A DNA stretch of 64,000 nucleotides. It comes from Squalus acanthias. Its lineage: Eukaryota. The stretch lies in the NCBI GenBank assembly GCA_030390025.1, contig CM059432.1:69752001-69816000 (forward strand), in the 5' to 3' direction. Position 1 is the first letter of the stretch. Each line of letters opens with the position of its first letter. The position numbers and the translations under genes are program-made. Shown here piece by piece: positions 13,134 through 27,156 of this stretch. A model generated the notes under the pieces. That model made no database searches. It was not told the DNA's origin and saw only the letters and a program-made list of their open reading frames with translations.

Positions 13134-14218
13134 TTAGGGCTGTAGATAGGGCTTTAAACTAAATAGTGGGGGGGAGGGGTCAGGTGAGGAGAAATTTAGG
13201 AAGTTAAAGAGAACGGACAAGGCAATAGTGCAGGGTAGCGATAGGGGTAATGATAACCAGAGTGTGTCAGGAAGGGACAGAGCATGCAAACATAAGAGTG
13301 CACTAGCAAATAGGGCCAGAGTAGGGAAAAATGTTAAAAAGTCAAAATTGAAGGCTCTTTATCTGAATGCATGCAGCATTCGTAACAAGATAGATGAATT
13401 GACAGCACAAATAGAAATAAATGAGTATGATCTGATAGCCATTACAGAGACATGGTTGCAAGGTGACCAAGGCTAGGAACTGAATATTCAGGGCTATTTG
13501 ACATTTCGGAAGGATAGGCAGAAAGGAAAAGGAGGTGGGGTAGCTCTGTTAATAAAGGATGAGATCAGTACAGTAGTGACAAATGATCTTGGCTCGGAAG
13601 AGCAAGATGTAGAATCAGTTTGGGTGGAGATAAGAAATACAAAGGGAAAGAAGTCACTGGTGGGAGTAATCTATAGGCCCCCTAACATTAGCTACACTGT
13701 AGGACAAAGTATAAATCAAGAAATAATGGGGGCTTGTAAGAAAGGTACTGCAATAATCATGGGTGATTTTAATCTTCATATCGATTGGACAAATCAAATT
13801 GGCCAAGGTAGCCTTGAGGACGAGTTCATAGAGTGTATTTGGAATGGTTTCTTAGAACAATACATTGTGGAACCAACCAGGGAACAGGCTATTTTGGATC
13901 TGGTAATGTGTAATGAGACAGGGCTAATTAATGATCTCATAATAAAGGATCCTCTGGGGAAGAGTGATCATAACATGATAGAATTTCACATTCAGTTTGA
14001 GGGTGGGAAACTTGGGTCTGAAACTAGTGTCTTAAACTTAAATAAAGGCAATGACAAAGGTATGGAGACAGAGTTGGCTAAAGTGGACTGGAAAAATAGA
14101 TTAAATGGTAAGATGGTAGATAAGCAGTGGCAGACATTTAAGGAGATATTTCATAACTCTCAACAAATATATATTCCAGTAAGAAAGAAAGACTCTATGA
14201 GAAGGATCAACCATCCTT
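13134..14218 (+). mobile_element. CR1 LINE ORF2 endonuclease fragment
   Basis: LKALYLNACSIRNK..DLIAITETWL, GGGVALLIK, IYRPPN, IMGDFN, LGKSDHN (ORFs 13228-13476, 13498-14226). Same family as 34001-37051. Confidence 0.9.
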
Positions 14219-14219
14219 T

Positions 14220-14925
14220 TACATGACCACCATAATCATGCACAATTAGATCTGGCTTTATCACCTCACCCTCTCTGCTGCTTAATCTTCTTCCTACTCC
14301 AGCACCATCCCATCACATTTAACCCCCTTGAACCATCTTTCCCCTCTCCTACCATCCTCACCTCCATCATCAAGTGCAAGGTGTCATGGATTTCTATCTT
14401 CAAAAATGAGACCATCTACTCATCTGTCTCACTGTTCCCCTGCCCGCTGCTTCCCCTATTCACAAGCCTCCTGTTGCCTCCCTTATCCTAGTCCTGACCT
14501 ATGGTGGTCTGCAGCTTCTCCTCTATCTTCACTTGCCCTCATCAGGGTCATCTCCTCCATGAGACCTACTATGTGCTGCCTCAACTCTCTTTACACATAG
14601 CTTCTGACCATCCAATTACCTCACTTCAACCCAATGCTGTCATACATTGTCAACATCCTCCTTCTTTCAGGTGTTGCTCCCTCCAAAACTGTTGTGATCC
14701 CTTCATCTTAAAAAGCTCATCTTTGATCCCTTCACCTTTCCAACAACTGCTCCATTCCTAACCCTCCCTTCCCCTCGAAGGTCCTCCACTACACCACCAT
14801 CACCCAATTCAAAGCTATTCCTTCCCCATACTTATTATTCAGGTTGCTTCAGTCTGGCTTCCATCCTGTCCACAGCACTGAGACTGCCTTGTTCAAAGCT
14901 ACCAACGATATCTTGTGTGACCACA
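14220..14925 (+). mobile_element. Decayed L2-clade LINE RT fragment
   Basis: C/T-rich sequence ending in an L2-like QSGF.P.HSTETAL.KATNDIL segment (~14850-14915). Confidence 0.55.
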
Positions 14926-15025
14926 GAAGATAGAATTTTACATCACAGAAGGAGGCCATTTTGGAGTCAGAATTAGGTGGGATCATAGAAAATACAAAAA
15001 TGCCTAAGTTAGGTTTAGAGTGGAT

Positions 15026-18000
15026 GGCCTAGAAATTCATGGGTTTCGTGCCGGTTGTTAAGGCCCAATTCAAGAAAAAAATGGCGGCCGCCACACTTAC
15101 GCCCACTACTGGCAGGTCCCACGGTGGCCACCATTTTTGGCTGGGCGGCAGCGCTGCTGATGTGTGCACTCGCTATCATTATGGAGATTATGCAAATCGT
15201 GATGTCAGTGAATGCGCAACGCACACTTGATGCCTGATCTGTCATTTTGGAGTGTACCGCACCTGTCTTAATTGCGACCAGCTTAACAAGGAGCTAGGAG
15301 GCTCCAGCAGTATTATTTAAAGGTATCATCAGCAACAACTTGCAGCTGTCATGTTTCTGCAGTTTGACTGGCTCTGTGGAACTTTCTGCAACTCTAACAG
15401 CTTTATAAACTTCTTTCAAGGTCCTAAGGTGACTGTGAGTGTTGGAACAAATGGAGGACGTCTTCATTCTTATTTAAAGACTTCTGCTCACAACACTTGC
15501 TCACAGTCATGGGGGCTCTACTGGCAGTCTCACGCTCGAGTATCTTCGGGAGAGGGAGCGGAGTCAGCGAAGAAGATGGGAAGATGCACGCAGAGGGAGG
15601 AGGAGGAGTGCTCTCAACAGGAGGCCTTACCCACCTAAGCTCTTCCGAGAGCACTTCTCGTATATACACTTAAGCGAGGTGCAGTGTATTAGGAGGCTTC
15701 ACTTCAACAAGGAGGTGGTCACAGAACTCTGCCACCTCCTACAACCAGACCTGCAGCCTGAGAGCAGGGTGACCATGGCTCCCCCAGTGGGCCTCAAGGC
15801 CACCGTGGCCCTCAATTTCTTTGCAAGCGGGTCCTTCCAGTCTGCAGCAGGAGACATAGCTAACATCTCCCAGTTCTCCGTCCATCACTGCATCCGGGAG
15901 GTCACAAAGGCTCTCTATACTGGGTCAAAATCCTGGACCTCCCTCCCTAACAGCACTATGGGGGTACCTTCACTACACGGGCTGCAGCGGTTCAAGACTC
16001 ACCACCTTCTCAGGGCAATTAGGGTTAGACAATAAATGCTGGCCTTGCCAGCGACGCCCACATCCAAGTAACGAATAAAAAAAAACACCAGGAGAAGGGA
16101 CTATGTTGTCTTCTCTCTGAGCAAAGAGAAGCAGGACGAGCATGCATTTGGCATTGCCAGGATAGCGGGTTTCCCCATGGTGCAGGGTGCCATTGACTGC
16201 ACCCAAGTGGCTTTGCGGGAGCCGCATAACAATCCTGAGATGTTCTATAACTGCAAAGGCTACCACTCACTTAATGTGTAGCTGATGTGTGACCACGCAC
16301 TGCGCATCCTGATGGTCAATGCCCGCTATCCAAGCTGCAGTCATGATGCCTTTTTCCTGCGTCAGTCCGGTGTGCCAGCAATCTTGCAGCCACCACGTCA
16401 AACCCGAGGGTGGCTGCTCACAGACAAGTGCTATCTGCTCTGCACCTCCGCAACCCCGACACTCGTGCCCAGCACTCATATAATGAGAGCCATGCTTCCA
16501 CCAGGAACATCATCGAGCAGACCATCGGGCTGCTGAAGCATCTGTTCCACTGCCTTGACCGCTCGGGAGGAGCCCTCCAGTACTCAGCGGAGTGGGTGTC
16601 CCATATCGTGGTGGTCTGCTGCATGCTTCACAACTTGGCCATCATGAGGGTGCAGCCCTTGCCAGCAGGGATTGCGGGACTGCCTCAGAAAGAGGAAAAG
16701 CAGGAGGATGAGGAAGAAGAGAGGAGGCAGGCAGAAAATCTCTCTTCAGCAAGAGCTGTCCGTGAATGCCTCATCAGACTCCGATTCCAGTGAATGAAAC
16801 CCCAGAAGCCCGTTGCTGACCATATCCTCATTAACCACACCCCTATCATACCATCCCTCTGTCATGGAATATCACAGCGTCCTCCTGGGCACAAAGCTCA
16901 AATGAGAGCCACCACAAAACAAACATTCAAACAAAATTATTAAATTGATCAACAATCAATTCACAAATACTATATCAACTAATCACCCTTGTGCGATCCC
17001 TTAGTGCCTGTCCTTCGGGTGCCCTTTCCTGCTCTAGTGCTCTGGTGCTCCTGCAAAGTGGTCTCCCAGTGACTGCAGCATTGCTGGTGGAAAGCTGCTG
17101 AGTTTCCATGGGGAGACTTAAGATGGCCAGGCAGGACAACCTCGAGCAGTTCTGGACCCATAAGGCCCAGTTGTAGACTGCATAAATGCAAGTCTTTCTT
17201 TGCACCACCGTGGCATGAGCGGCAGCAGTCTGGGCTGGCTGGCTGACAGGCAGCGGCAAGGGCAATGATGGAATGGCAGTGGTGGGAACAGGAATGTTGT
17301 CATCCTGAGAGAGGACAGCAGGTTCCTGCTCCACAGACCCACTGCCACTTTCCCCGGGGCGGTGCCTCTGCATTCCTAGCAGTCTGTTGGGAGGACAGAT
17401 GGCTGGACTGCTGCGACATCCCGCAAGCCCCGTTTGACAGTGGTAAACCCAGCCTTGGTAGCAGCAGTCTGAGCTTGTGCAGCAGCAATCTAAGACTGCA
17501 TGAGAGCAGTCTGATTGAATGGGGCAGCAAGCTGAGACTGCAGGACAGCGGCCCATGCTTCTGCTGCAGCACTAAGAAGTTGGGTCATTTCTGCCTGTGC
17601 TGCAGTGGCAGCTGCGACATCGCCCATCATAGGCAGCATCATGTCTGGGTCGACACGGTCTATCCTGGAGTTTTGAATCTTTCTAGCCTGGAAATTATGG
17701 ACTCCAAGCTCTGCGCAAAGCCCCGACAATGTTGGAGGCGGACTCCTCCATGCTCCTTTACATTGCCAAGAGGCTCTCTGGCAGGCTTGCCATTGTACTT
17801 AGGAATTCAGTATACATACCCATCACCCTTCTTCTGAGGTCCTCATCTGAGTCCTGTGCAGCAGAACTCACGCCCGAACTCGTACTGCGGGAGCTGGCCC
17901 CCGAGCTACCCTATCCCCCTGGCCTTGCTGCAGCTCACGTGTGTCCAGTGCCTCACCCTGTGCAGATCCCGCTTCTACATTACCCTCCAAATTACGTGCA

Positions 18001-18150
18001 GTGCTAGTTTCACATCTGCGAGTGTCAGATGCAGGGATGCTGTGTCTTTATCTTCTACCCCCTCGCTCTCCCCCATTGCCTCGGGGACAGGCTCTGCGAC
18101 TGCTTGTTCTTGGTTATCTGAAAGCAGAAAGGCATAAGAGTTCTCACTGC
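15026..18150 (+). mobile_element. PIF/Harbinger transposon, truncated; disrupted transposase (+, ~15450-16793) and convergent second gene (-)
   Basis: Left terminus GGCCTAGAAATT. Transposase pieces QCIRRLHFNKEVVTELCHLLQPD..LNFFASGSFQS..DIANISQ, AIDCT, HDAF, IEQTIGLLK..CLDRSGGALQYS..CCMLHN. Interrupted by a LINE tail at ~15920-16085. Homologous to 55602-59597. Confidence 0.85.
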
Positions 18151-19574
18151 TGAATGGGGCCTTGTTCGATCCTGGGTCTCAGCAGCATTTTCTCTCCCTT
18201 TTTTGGTTAAATTCTCCGTTATTTACAGTTTTTTTTTACCCGGCATTGATGAGCGGGTGTCAAAAACAGAGAACAAGGGAGGAGTTCCATCGTTCTTTTT
18301 CTTCCTTCCTTTCATTACCTGAATTTCTCTTTTCTCTCTCTTTCAGATCAATATAGTGATGGGAAACCAAATTTAAGTTGCTGATTCCTTGGTGTTTCAT
18401 CCATTCCAATCAAAATTCAATATTCCAATCAAACCCATTTGTTATTCCACAGTGTCACTCGATGTGTTTTATTACATTGTATTCTCTCGCGAGTAGAAGC
18501 CCGCTCCCTGTGGACCTGATGATGTTGTGAGCGCCTGCACAGCCTGTTTTGTTTACTGCGCGTCACCTCCAATCGCAGCTCAGTGGGAACATAGACAATG
18601 ACCCTGAGATGTCATGATTAACTTTGATGGGACACCTGACAGAGCAAATTCTCACTCGAGACATGAGTAACATAATTTTTGTAAGAGCTGTGACCTGTTA
18701 GAGATTAAATAAAGCCACTAATGAGGTTTATAAACCAAAAAAAGCAACTGATTTCATGGTTTTTAAGAGTTTGTCTGATTGCCTCATGATTTGAGATGAT
18801 GGGGTGGCAATATGACATTACTATATATATGCTTTTAAGTGGTTGCTGTTGCTGTCGTTGTTGTAAAAGTTGCTGTTGTAAAATTTGCCCACGGACAAAA
18901 AGGACGCGCTCAAAGGAGTTTGTGGCCCGCTCAGTACAAAACAAAATTAGACGGAACATTGCATCCATTTTCGGGACTTATCCAATTTCTAGGCCAATGT
19001 GTGTAAATGCACGAAGTGTGGCTAATAAGTTTGGTGAGCTGCAGGTGCCAATAGCCACGTGGGAATATGATGTAGTGGCGACAACTGAGACCTGGCTCGA
19101 AAAAAGGGAGGATTGGATACTTAATATTCCTGGGTACAAGGTATTCAGGAAAGGTAGGGAAGGAAAAAAAGGAGAATGGGTAGCCGTTTTGATTAAGGAA
19201 AATATTACAGTGCCAGAAAGAGAGAATGTCCTTGAGAATCTATGTGGTTGGAATTAAGAAACATTAGAGGAGCTATTATGCTACTTGGTATATTGTATAG
19301 GTCACCAAATAGTGGGAAGGAGATGGAGGAGCAGATTTGCAAAGAAATTACTGAGAGGTGCATGAATTATAGAGTAATGATAATGGAAGACTTTACCCCA
19401 ATATTGAATGGGGCAGTGACTGTGTTAAAGGGAGGAATTTCTGAAATGTGTTCAAGAGAATGTTCTTGATCAGTATGTTTCCTGCCCAATGAGGAAGGAG
19501 ACATAGATGGATCTAGTCCTGGTGAATGAAATGGGTCAAGTGGAGATTGTCACAGTGGAGGAATAGTGATCATA

Positions 19575-20466
19575 GGGGGAAAAATTCAGTTGGTTGCGCC
19601 TCCCGTTAGCACCTTAAGAGGGCGCTAATGGGGCGCAAATCATCTAGCGCCCGGGCACGGCCATGTTTGCACCGCTCGCGAAATTAACTAGACATTTTGC
19701 GGCGGCGCTAAACACTACCACCACGATCTCCTGCGCCGGCAGATCGTGACGTCAGTCGAGTGCGCAACGCCCCAGTATCGCCCCGGAGCGGATATTGAGT
19801 GGCGCCCCCTGCCTTACCGCCTGCCGCTAGCAACGACAGGTTGAGGGGAGCGTTTTGCAGTCAGGAAGGGACTGGGGGAGCGCTATTTAAAGGCGACCGC
19901 TTCCTGCCCTTTATTGTTAGTGACATTTTGAACCACGCTTTCTGAGAGAGAGAGAGAGAGACTTCTGGAGAGATTCAACGCTGTGTGAGGGAGTTTTGGG
20001 TACTGAGCAGCACTTTGCAGGTTCATTTTGATTTGCCTTTCCTTGTATCGATTTAGAAGAGACTGTGGGGGCTGCACTCGGAGCTCTTTCCCTGGTACTC
20101 TCCATTGTTCTTTCCAGCAGATTTGATGTACAGCTCTTTCCAGGCCGAGATTCAAGGCTGCAATGAGCAGGATGTGGATGGAAAGCAAGATCAACCCTCC
20201 CCTTTAAGAACTGGCCCGTGCCATTGTGTGTGTGTTCCATTGCTGACTGACATCACATGAGCTTCGCCAGCGCTCTGAGGTAGCGCCTCGCTCCTCGGCC
20301 TTTGCGCCTTAAGACAGGTGTGAAGCACCTGATTTAGCACTCCAATCACCTCCAGGGGCGATAAAAGTCAAGTTTGCAGTCGGTGGCGATAATTAGCGCC
20401 AGACGCTAATCTTTGCGCCCGGCCGATAATTGCACCCCAAATGGGGCGACACTGAATTTCTCCCCC
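19575..20466 (-). mobile_element. Harbinger-derived MITE, family B (inverted relative to the 38049 copy)
   Basis: GGGGGAAAAATT ... AATTTCTCCCCC termini with 3-bp TSD ATA. Reverse-complement near-identical to 38049-38945. Confidence 0.9.
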
Positions 20467-21640
20467 ATAGTGTCATAAGGTTTAGATTAGTTATGGAGAA
20501 GGACAAGGAGCAATCTAGAATTAAATACTTAACTGGAGGAGGGCTAATTTCAGTGAATTGAGGAGGGATCTGGCCCAGGTATATTAGAGTCAAAGACTGG
20601 CAGGCAGAAATGTAATGGAGCAATGGGCGGCCTATAAAGAGGAGATGGTTCAGGTACAGTCTAGGTACATTCCCACAGGGGGGAAAGGAAGGGCAACCAA
20701 AGCCAGAGCTCCCTGGATGACAAAGGAGTTGGAGAGTAGGATGAAGCAGAAAAAGGGGGTGTATGACAGATGTCAGTTTAATAATACAAGGGAGAATCAG
20801 GATGTATATAAAAAGTACAGAGGAGAAGTGAAAAAGGAAATAAGAGGGACAAATAAGAGAGACAGTACGAGAATAGATTGGCGGCAAACATAAAAGGGAA
20901 TCCAAAGGGTCTTTTATAGGCATATTAACAGTAAAAGAGTTGTCAGAGGAGTGGTGGGGCCGATTAGGGACCAAAATGGAGAACTATTGGTGGAGACAGA
21001 ATTCATGGCTAAGGTACTAAATGAATACTTTGCATCTGTGTTTACCAGGAAGAGGACTTTGACAAAGCTAAAGTAAACAAGCAGGTTGTTGGGATACTGG
21101 ATGACATAAAAATAGATAAAGAAGAGGTACTTGAAAGGCTGGCAGTACTTAAAGTGAATAAGTCACCCGGTCCAGATGGGATGCATCGTAGATTGCTGAG
21201 AGAAGTAAGGGTAGAAATTGCGGAGGTGCTGGCCACAATCTTCCAATCCTCCTTAGATACAGGGATGGTGCCAAAGGACTGGAGGGTTGGAAATGTTGCA
21301 CTCTTGTTCAAAAAAAAGGGGAGAAGGATGAAGCTGGCAATTACAGGCCAGTCAGTTTAATGTTGGTGGTGGAGAAGCTTTTTGAAATAATAATCTGGGA
21401 GAAAATTAATAGCCAGTTATGGGCAAGTATGAACGAATAAAAGAGAGACAGCACGGATTTGTTCGGGCCAAATCATGTTTGACTAATTTGATTGAGTTTT
21501 GTGATGAGGTAATAGAGAGGGTGGATAAGGGAAGTGCAGTTGATGTTTGATAAATACAACATAGGCTTGTTAGCAAAATTGAAGCCCATGGGATAAAAGG
21601 GCAGCCTGGATTCAAAATTCACTAAGGGATGGAAAACAGA

Positions 21641-24527
21641 GGGGGTGAAATTAGATAGTGTGAAAAACTGGCATGGGCACCGCGATACGAGGTATACCCG
21701 TAACCATTCAAGGAGCGCAGGCAGCATGTCAACTTCATTCTGCCTGCTAATTTTAATGATTGCAGCACACACCCTAGCACTGAACTCGCTGCTGACAGGC
21801 TGTGCACTCAGCAGGGGGCCGAAGTTCGCATTGTTCGAGGGAGGCTAGCTTTACTTAGCTTTACTTAAATCTTGCCTGCTCCTCTTAAAGGCAGGCTGCA
21901 CCTCTTAAAGGTGAGCTGTCTTCTGCAGGTGAAAAATGGTATAAGTGCTTCAGCACTAATGCAAATGGCTCAACAGGCCAGGGAAAGGCACCCAGGGTCC
22001 TGGACGCAGCACTCCAGCTTTGTGCAGGTGGTCAACACTGGAAGAGACATCCTCTACCCATAGAGGGCCAGGAGGCCCTCCAGAAAGAAAGATGTGGGAC
22101 AAGATCATTGAGGCAGTCACTGCCAGCAGTGTTGCCCCCAGCACCTGGTTCCAGTGCCCAAAGAAGTTTCATGACCTCAGATGAGTGGTCAAGGTCAGTG
22201 AATGCATCTTCAAAAGCCGTCTCCTACTAACTGCACCACTAGCCTCACACACTGCTCAATTCCTAGGTGAAGCTCATTCCTAGCTTCACCTCACCCTCTT
22301 AGAGGAGATGGTGCTGGTCATACTTGCCAGGGGCATGGCTGAGCCCTTGGCCAGTGGCGGGGCTGAAAGATTACAAGATGCTGGTATCCTCATACGCTAT
22401 CATCCTTCTCACATCCCATTTCCCCCTCATCCCACAATATTGTCTGATTTACAAAGTGCACATGGTGTGAGCATGCACCTCTTGCTTTAACCCTCTCCCC
22501 TCACCACAACCCTATCCTTGTGCCTTCCTCATTTCAGACACCCAAGAAATCTAGCCTGCCCAGCCAGTGGTTGACCAAGAAGAGGGATAGGAGAGTGAAG
22601 GAGAAGAAACACTGTTGTTCGATCTCACACTTCCAGCCACTAGCTCCTTGAGATCGTCCTGCAAGGCCATCTGCAGTCTCCCCACTGAAAGTCAGCAGCT
22701 TTCACCAGCTATGCTGCAGCCACTGGGGTAGCACTGCATAAGAGCACTAGGATAGGCAAAGGCACATGCAACACAGTCACTAAGGGAATTTACAAGGGTA
22801 ATTAGTTGATTTTTTGATGTAATATTGGATGCATATATGGATAAAGTTGGATTGGAAAGTTTGCTTTGTGGTGGCTTTTATTTCAGCATTGCGGTCAAGA
22901 AGACACTGTGATGGTCAGTAACAGAGGGAAGGTAAGGTGTGGGACTAATGTTGGAAGAGGAATTGGGGTTGTGTTCACTGGTCCAACAGGCGGATGATTC
23001 GATCCAGGATATCCTGGCCAGAAAGGGGCTGTCTGGGTTGCCTCCTTCCTTCTGCTTCCTCCTCTTCTGCTTCCTCCTCTTTTGCTTTTTCCTCTTCTGC
23101 TTCCTCCTCTTCTTTCTCTTCCTCCTCCTCTTCTTCCTCCTCCTCCCTCTGCGAACAGCTTGTCCCCTTTGCTGCCTCTGCTCGATCTCCATGTCATGCT
23201 GCAGCCCAAGTGTGACTGCAACTAGAGCCCCCAGGACTAGGAGCAAGTGGTCTTCTCAGAGGCCTTCCTTTAAGAGCCAAAGCCTTGCAAACGTCCAGCA
23301 GCACTCCCTTCACACTTTAACAACTTTTTAAGGGGGAAAAATTCGGTATCGCCCATTTTGGGGCACTAATATCGGCCGGGCGCAAAGTTTAGTGCCCGGC
23401 ACTAATTATCACCGACTGCAAAATTTGCCTCTATCGCCCCATGATGTGATTTGAGCACTAAATCAGGCGCTACACACCTCTCTTAAGGCGCAAACATCAG
23501 GGAGCGAGGCGCTACCTCAGAACGCTACCGAAGCTCAGGCGATGCCAATTACCATGGAAGCCAGACAGACTGGCGCCGTCTGGTTCTTAAAGGGGAGGGG
23601 CCATCTTGCTGGCCAGCCACTCCCTGCTCATCGCACCCTTGAAACTCGACCTGGAGAGACCTCAAAAGCAATTGTGTTGGAAGTACTAATGGATAGGCCC
23701 AGGGAAAGAGCTCGGCACGTAGGAACCTCAAAAGTGGTGCTGAGGGCAAAAACTCTTTAGGACAGCGTTAAAACCAAAAATTTTGCCAACAAGAAAAGGC
23801 AGGAAGCGCCCGCCTTTAAATAGCGCTTCCCCAGCCCCTTCCTGACTTGAAAACGTTCCCCTCTACCTGTCGTTCCTAGCGGCAGGCGCTAAGGCAGGGG
23901 GCGCAACTCAATATCCGGTCTGCGGCGCTACCGGGGCGTTGCACACTTGACTGACGTCACAATCTGTGGATGCAGGAGATCGTGGCAGTAGTGTTTAACC
24001 CTGCCGCAAAATGATTGGTCAATTTCGCGAGCGGCGCTAAAATCGCCGCGCTCAGGCGCTAAGTTCCTAGCGCCACTTTAGCGCCCCCGGAGGAGCTAAC
24101 GGGAGGCGCTAACCAACCGAATTTTTCCCCCTAAATGTCTTACACCAATAAAATGTAAAAAGACCAGTACAAAAGCAAAAATCTAAACTTACCTGAAAGT
24201 TGTGTGTGTCCCTTCAAGAAACTCTGGTAGAGGGTCCAGTGTACTGCTGCACGCACGTTGTGCCCTGCGTGCTTTGGAGAGTGCGTTAAAAAGAGCGGCG
24301 ATGTCCAAAATACCAGATTGTGTGTCAATTCAGCGTTGCACACCAATTGACGTCACGATCTGACTCATCTAAATATCTGGAGCCAGCGCAGGCAGCGGCA
24401 GCGCTGCCAACCTGCACAAAATAGTGGCCGCGGCGAAGCACCGGATGTGGGCGAAAGCAAGGCGGCTGCCATTTTCTCTTCCAAACCAGCGTTAATGGCC
24501 AGCGCAAACAGGCCAAATTTCATGGCT
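21641..24527. mobile_element. Internally deleted Harbinger element nested in CR1
   Basis: Termini GGGGGTGAAATT / AATTTCATGGCT with TSD AGA. Myb/SANT gene remnant on + (MAQQARER..QCPKKFHDL, ~21965-22200). Only the N- and C-terminal ends of the transposase remain on - (~22960-23240). Confidence 0.75.
23332..24131 (+). mobile_element. Harbinger-derived MITE, family B (diverged copy)
   Basis: GGGGGAAAAATT ... AATTTTTCCCCC termini with TSD TAA. Homologous to 38049-38945. Confidence 0.85.
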
Positions 24528-26574
24528 AGAGAGTTGTAGTGAATGCCTGCTTTTCGGACTGGAGGGAGGTATACAGTGGTGTTTCCCAGGGTTCAGAACT
24601 AGGACCACTGCTGTTTTTGATATACATTAATGACATGGACTTGCAGGTACAAGGTGCAATTTCAAAATTTTCAGATGACACGAAATGTAGAAGTGTAGTA
24701 AACAGTGAGGAAGACAGTAAAGACTTCAAGAGGATTTAGACAGGCTGGTGGAATGGCAAATTAAATTCAACGTACAAAAGTATGAGGTGATACATTTTGG
24801 TGGGAAGAATGAGGAGAGACAATACAAGCTAAATTGTACAAGTGTAAAGGGGGTGCAAGAACAGAGAGACCTGGGGGTGTTTTTGCGCAAATCTTTGAAG
24901 GTGGCAGGACAGGTTAACAAAGCAGTTAATGAAGCATATGGGATCCTGGGCTTTATAAATAGATGCACATGGGGCTAAATTCGATAGCTCCCGAAAACAG
25001 GCGCAGGGATCGTGATGCACGATTAACCTGCACCAGTTGGTTCTGATGCAGGCAGCACGCAAACTTCGTGCTGCCTGCTAATGTAAGTGATTGCAGCGTG
25101 CAGTCCTGTGCTAAACGCACTGTTGAGTGGCTGCATACCTCCGTGGGGGGCCAATTTCGTGCAAGACGAGCACCACTTAAAGCTATCCTTCACCTCTTAA
25201 AGGGGAGGTGCATTCTGGCTGGAGCAGGTGCTTGTAGTGGCTGAGGAAGAGAGTCTGACATGCAAGACGAGTGACTGATGGCGCAACACGGGAGAGAGCA
25301 TTCTCCAGGGTTCTCAGACACTTCACTGGAGGCCTTGGTGGAAGAGGTGAACAGGAGGAGAGAGGTCCTCTATCCACAGGAGGCCCTCCAGACAAACACT
25401 GTGAAGGCAGTGGGAGCAGGTAGCCGTGTCGGTCAATGCCGGAAGTCAAGCCCTGAGGACCTGGATGCAGTTCCACAAAAAGTTCAATTAACTCACACGA
25501 GTGGTCAAGGTCAGAGAATTCATCTTCAAATTCCATGTGCCACCAACGGCACCACTAGCCTCATACACTATTCAATGCACCACATCCCCATCACTCACCT
25601 ACCAACATTCTATCAAACAGGACTCATACCTCACATTCATAGCTTCACCTCACCCTCACACACTTACCACGGCTACAAGCCTCACATCCACATCTCACAG
25701 CTTGTACACACTGTCAGCTACTCCACCACGACAGGCACTCACTGACACAATTCCCTATTTTGCAGGACAAGTTGGAGTACAGCCAGAGGAAGCAGGAGCT
25801 AACCGGCGGGGGACAGGCACGCCTGCATGACCTTACCCCGATGGAGGAGACGGTGGTCGCCATCATTGGAACAGCCATCGCTGAGGCTTTGGCCAGCAGT
25901 CGGGCTGAAATCATCAAAGATGATGGTATCCTCATACACAATCCTTCTTCTCACATCCCACTTTCCCCTCATCCCACAATGTCTTTTGATTTAAAAGCTG
26001 CAGATGGTGTAAGCATGCATCTCTTACTTCCCCCCCCTCACACCCAACACTACCCTTGTGGCTTTCCCCTTTCAGAAACCCAAGAAGTGCAACCTGGCTA
26101 GGCAATGATGGAACAGCAGCAGATGGAAGAGGAAGAAGGCAGTGATGATGAACATACAGCACTGTCACTCGATTTCACACTCACAGCCACCAGCTCAGAT
26201 ACTGACATTCAACGTAATTTAGAGGATAGCTTACACGCGGGATCTGCATGTGCTGAGACACCAGGCACAAGGGGCCTGCAGCCAGGATGGGGGACAAGGC
26301 TAGCGCAGGTGCTAGCTCGCCGGAGTGCGAAGTCACACACCAGTTCTGCTGTAGAGGGCTCAGTGCCCTTGCTGTTGCCTGACAGCCAGCCAACCCAGAC
26401 AGCTGCCGCCCATGCCAAGATGGTGCAGTCCGAAGCTGGGCCTTCTAGGCCCAGAGCTACTCAAGGTTGTCCTCCAAGGCCATCTGCAGTCTCCCCCACT
26501 GAAAGCCAACAGCCTTCCACCAGCCATGCTGCAGCCACTGGGGTAGCACTGCGACTGGCAAAGGCACACGAAAA

Positions 26575-26987
26575 ACAACAACTTGTATTTATATAGCGCC
26601 TTTAGCATAATAAAACATCCCAAGCTGCTTCACAGGAGCATTATAAAACAAAATTTGACACTGATCCACTTAAGGAGATATTAGGGCAGATGACCAAAAG
26701 CTTGGTCAAAGCGGTAGGTTTTAAGGAGCGTCTTAAAGGAGGAAAGAGAGGCAGAGAGGTTTAGGGAAGGAATTCCAGAGCTTAGGGCCTTGGCAGCTGA
26801 AGGCACTGTCACCAATGGTGGAGCGATTAAAATTGGGGCTGCTCAAGAGGCCAGAATTAGAAGAGTGCAGATATCTCGGGGGGTTGTGGGGCTGGAGAAG
26901 ATTAAAGAGATAGGGAGGGGCGAGGCCATGGAGGGATTTGAAAACAAGGATGAGAATTTTAAAATCCAGGCATTGCTTAACCGGGAC
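26575..26987 (-). mobile_element. L2 LINE 3' end
   Basis: Minus ORF KQCLDFKILILVFKSLHGLAPPYL...AFSCQGPKLWNSFP with a (GTT)n tail. Confidence 0.85.
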
Positions 26988-27156
26988 TAAGACTGGCCCT
27001 AAGGGAAAGCACAAGGATGCTTAATTGACTTTTGTGTGCAATATGGCAAGGTTTGATTTATAAATTTGGTTTGGAATGTTTATTTTTTGTTTACTTTTAT
27101 TTTTGCATTGCAGCAAAGCGGACAGTGTGATGGTCAGTAACAGAGGGAAGATGCAG

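Larger units (their letters stand above)
18995..24970 (+). mobile_element. CR1 LINE ORF2, fragmented by nested Harbinger insertions
   Basis: Endonuclease (NARSVANK..EYDVVATTETWL) at 18995-19574. Continues at 20467-21640 (KSPGPDG) and 24528-24970 ([25 protein letters not shown]). Same family as 4917-8230. Confidence 0.85.

Noticed and set aside
22878..23331. Arg/Lys-rich 'protamine-like' and hydrophobic ORFs
   Set aside because: Alternative-frame readings of the GA-rich low-complexity tract of a Harbinger transposase remnant.
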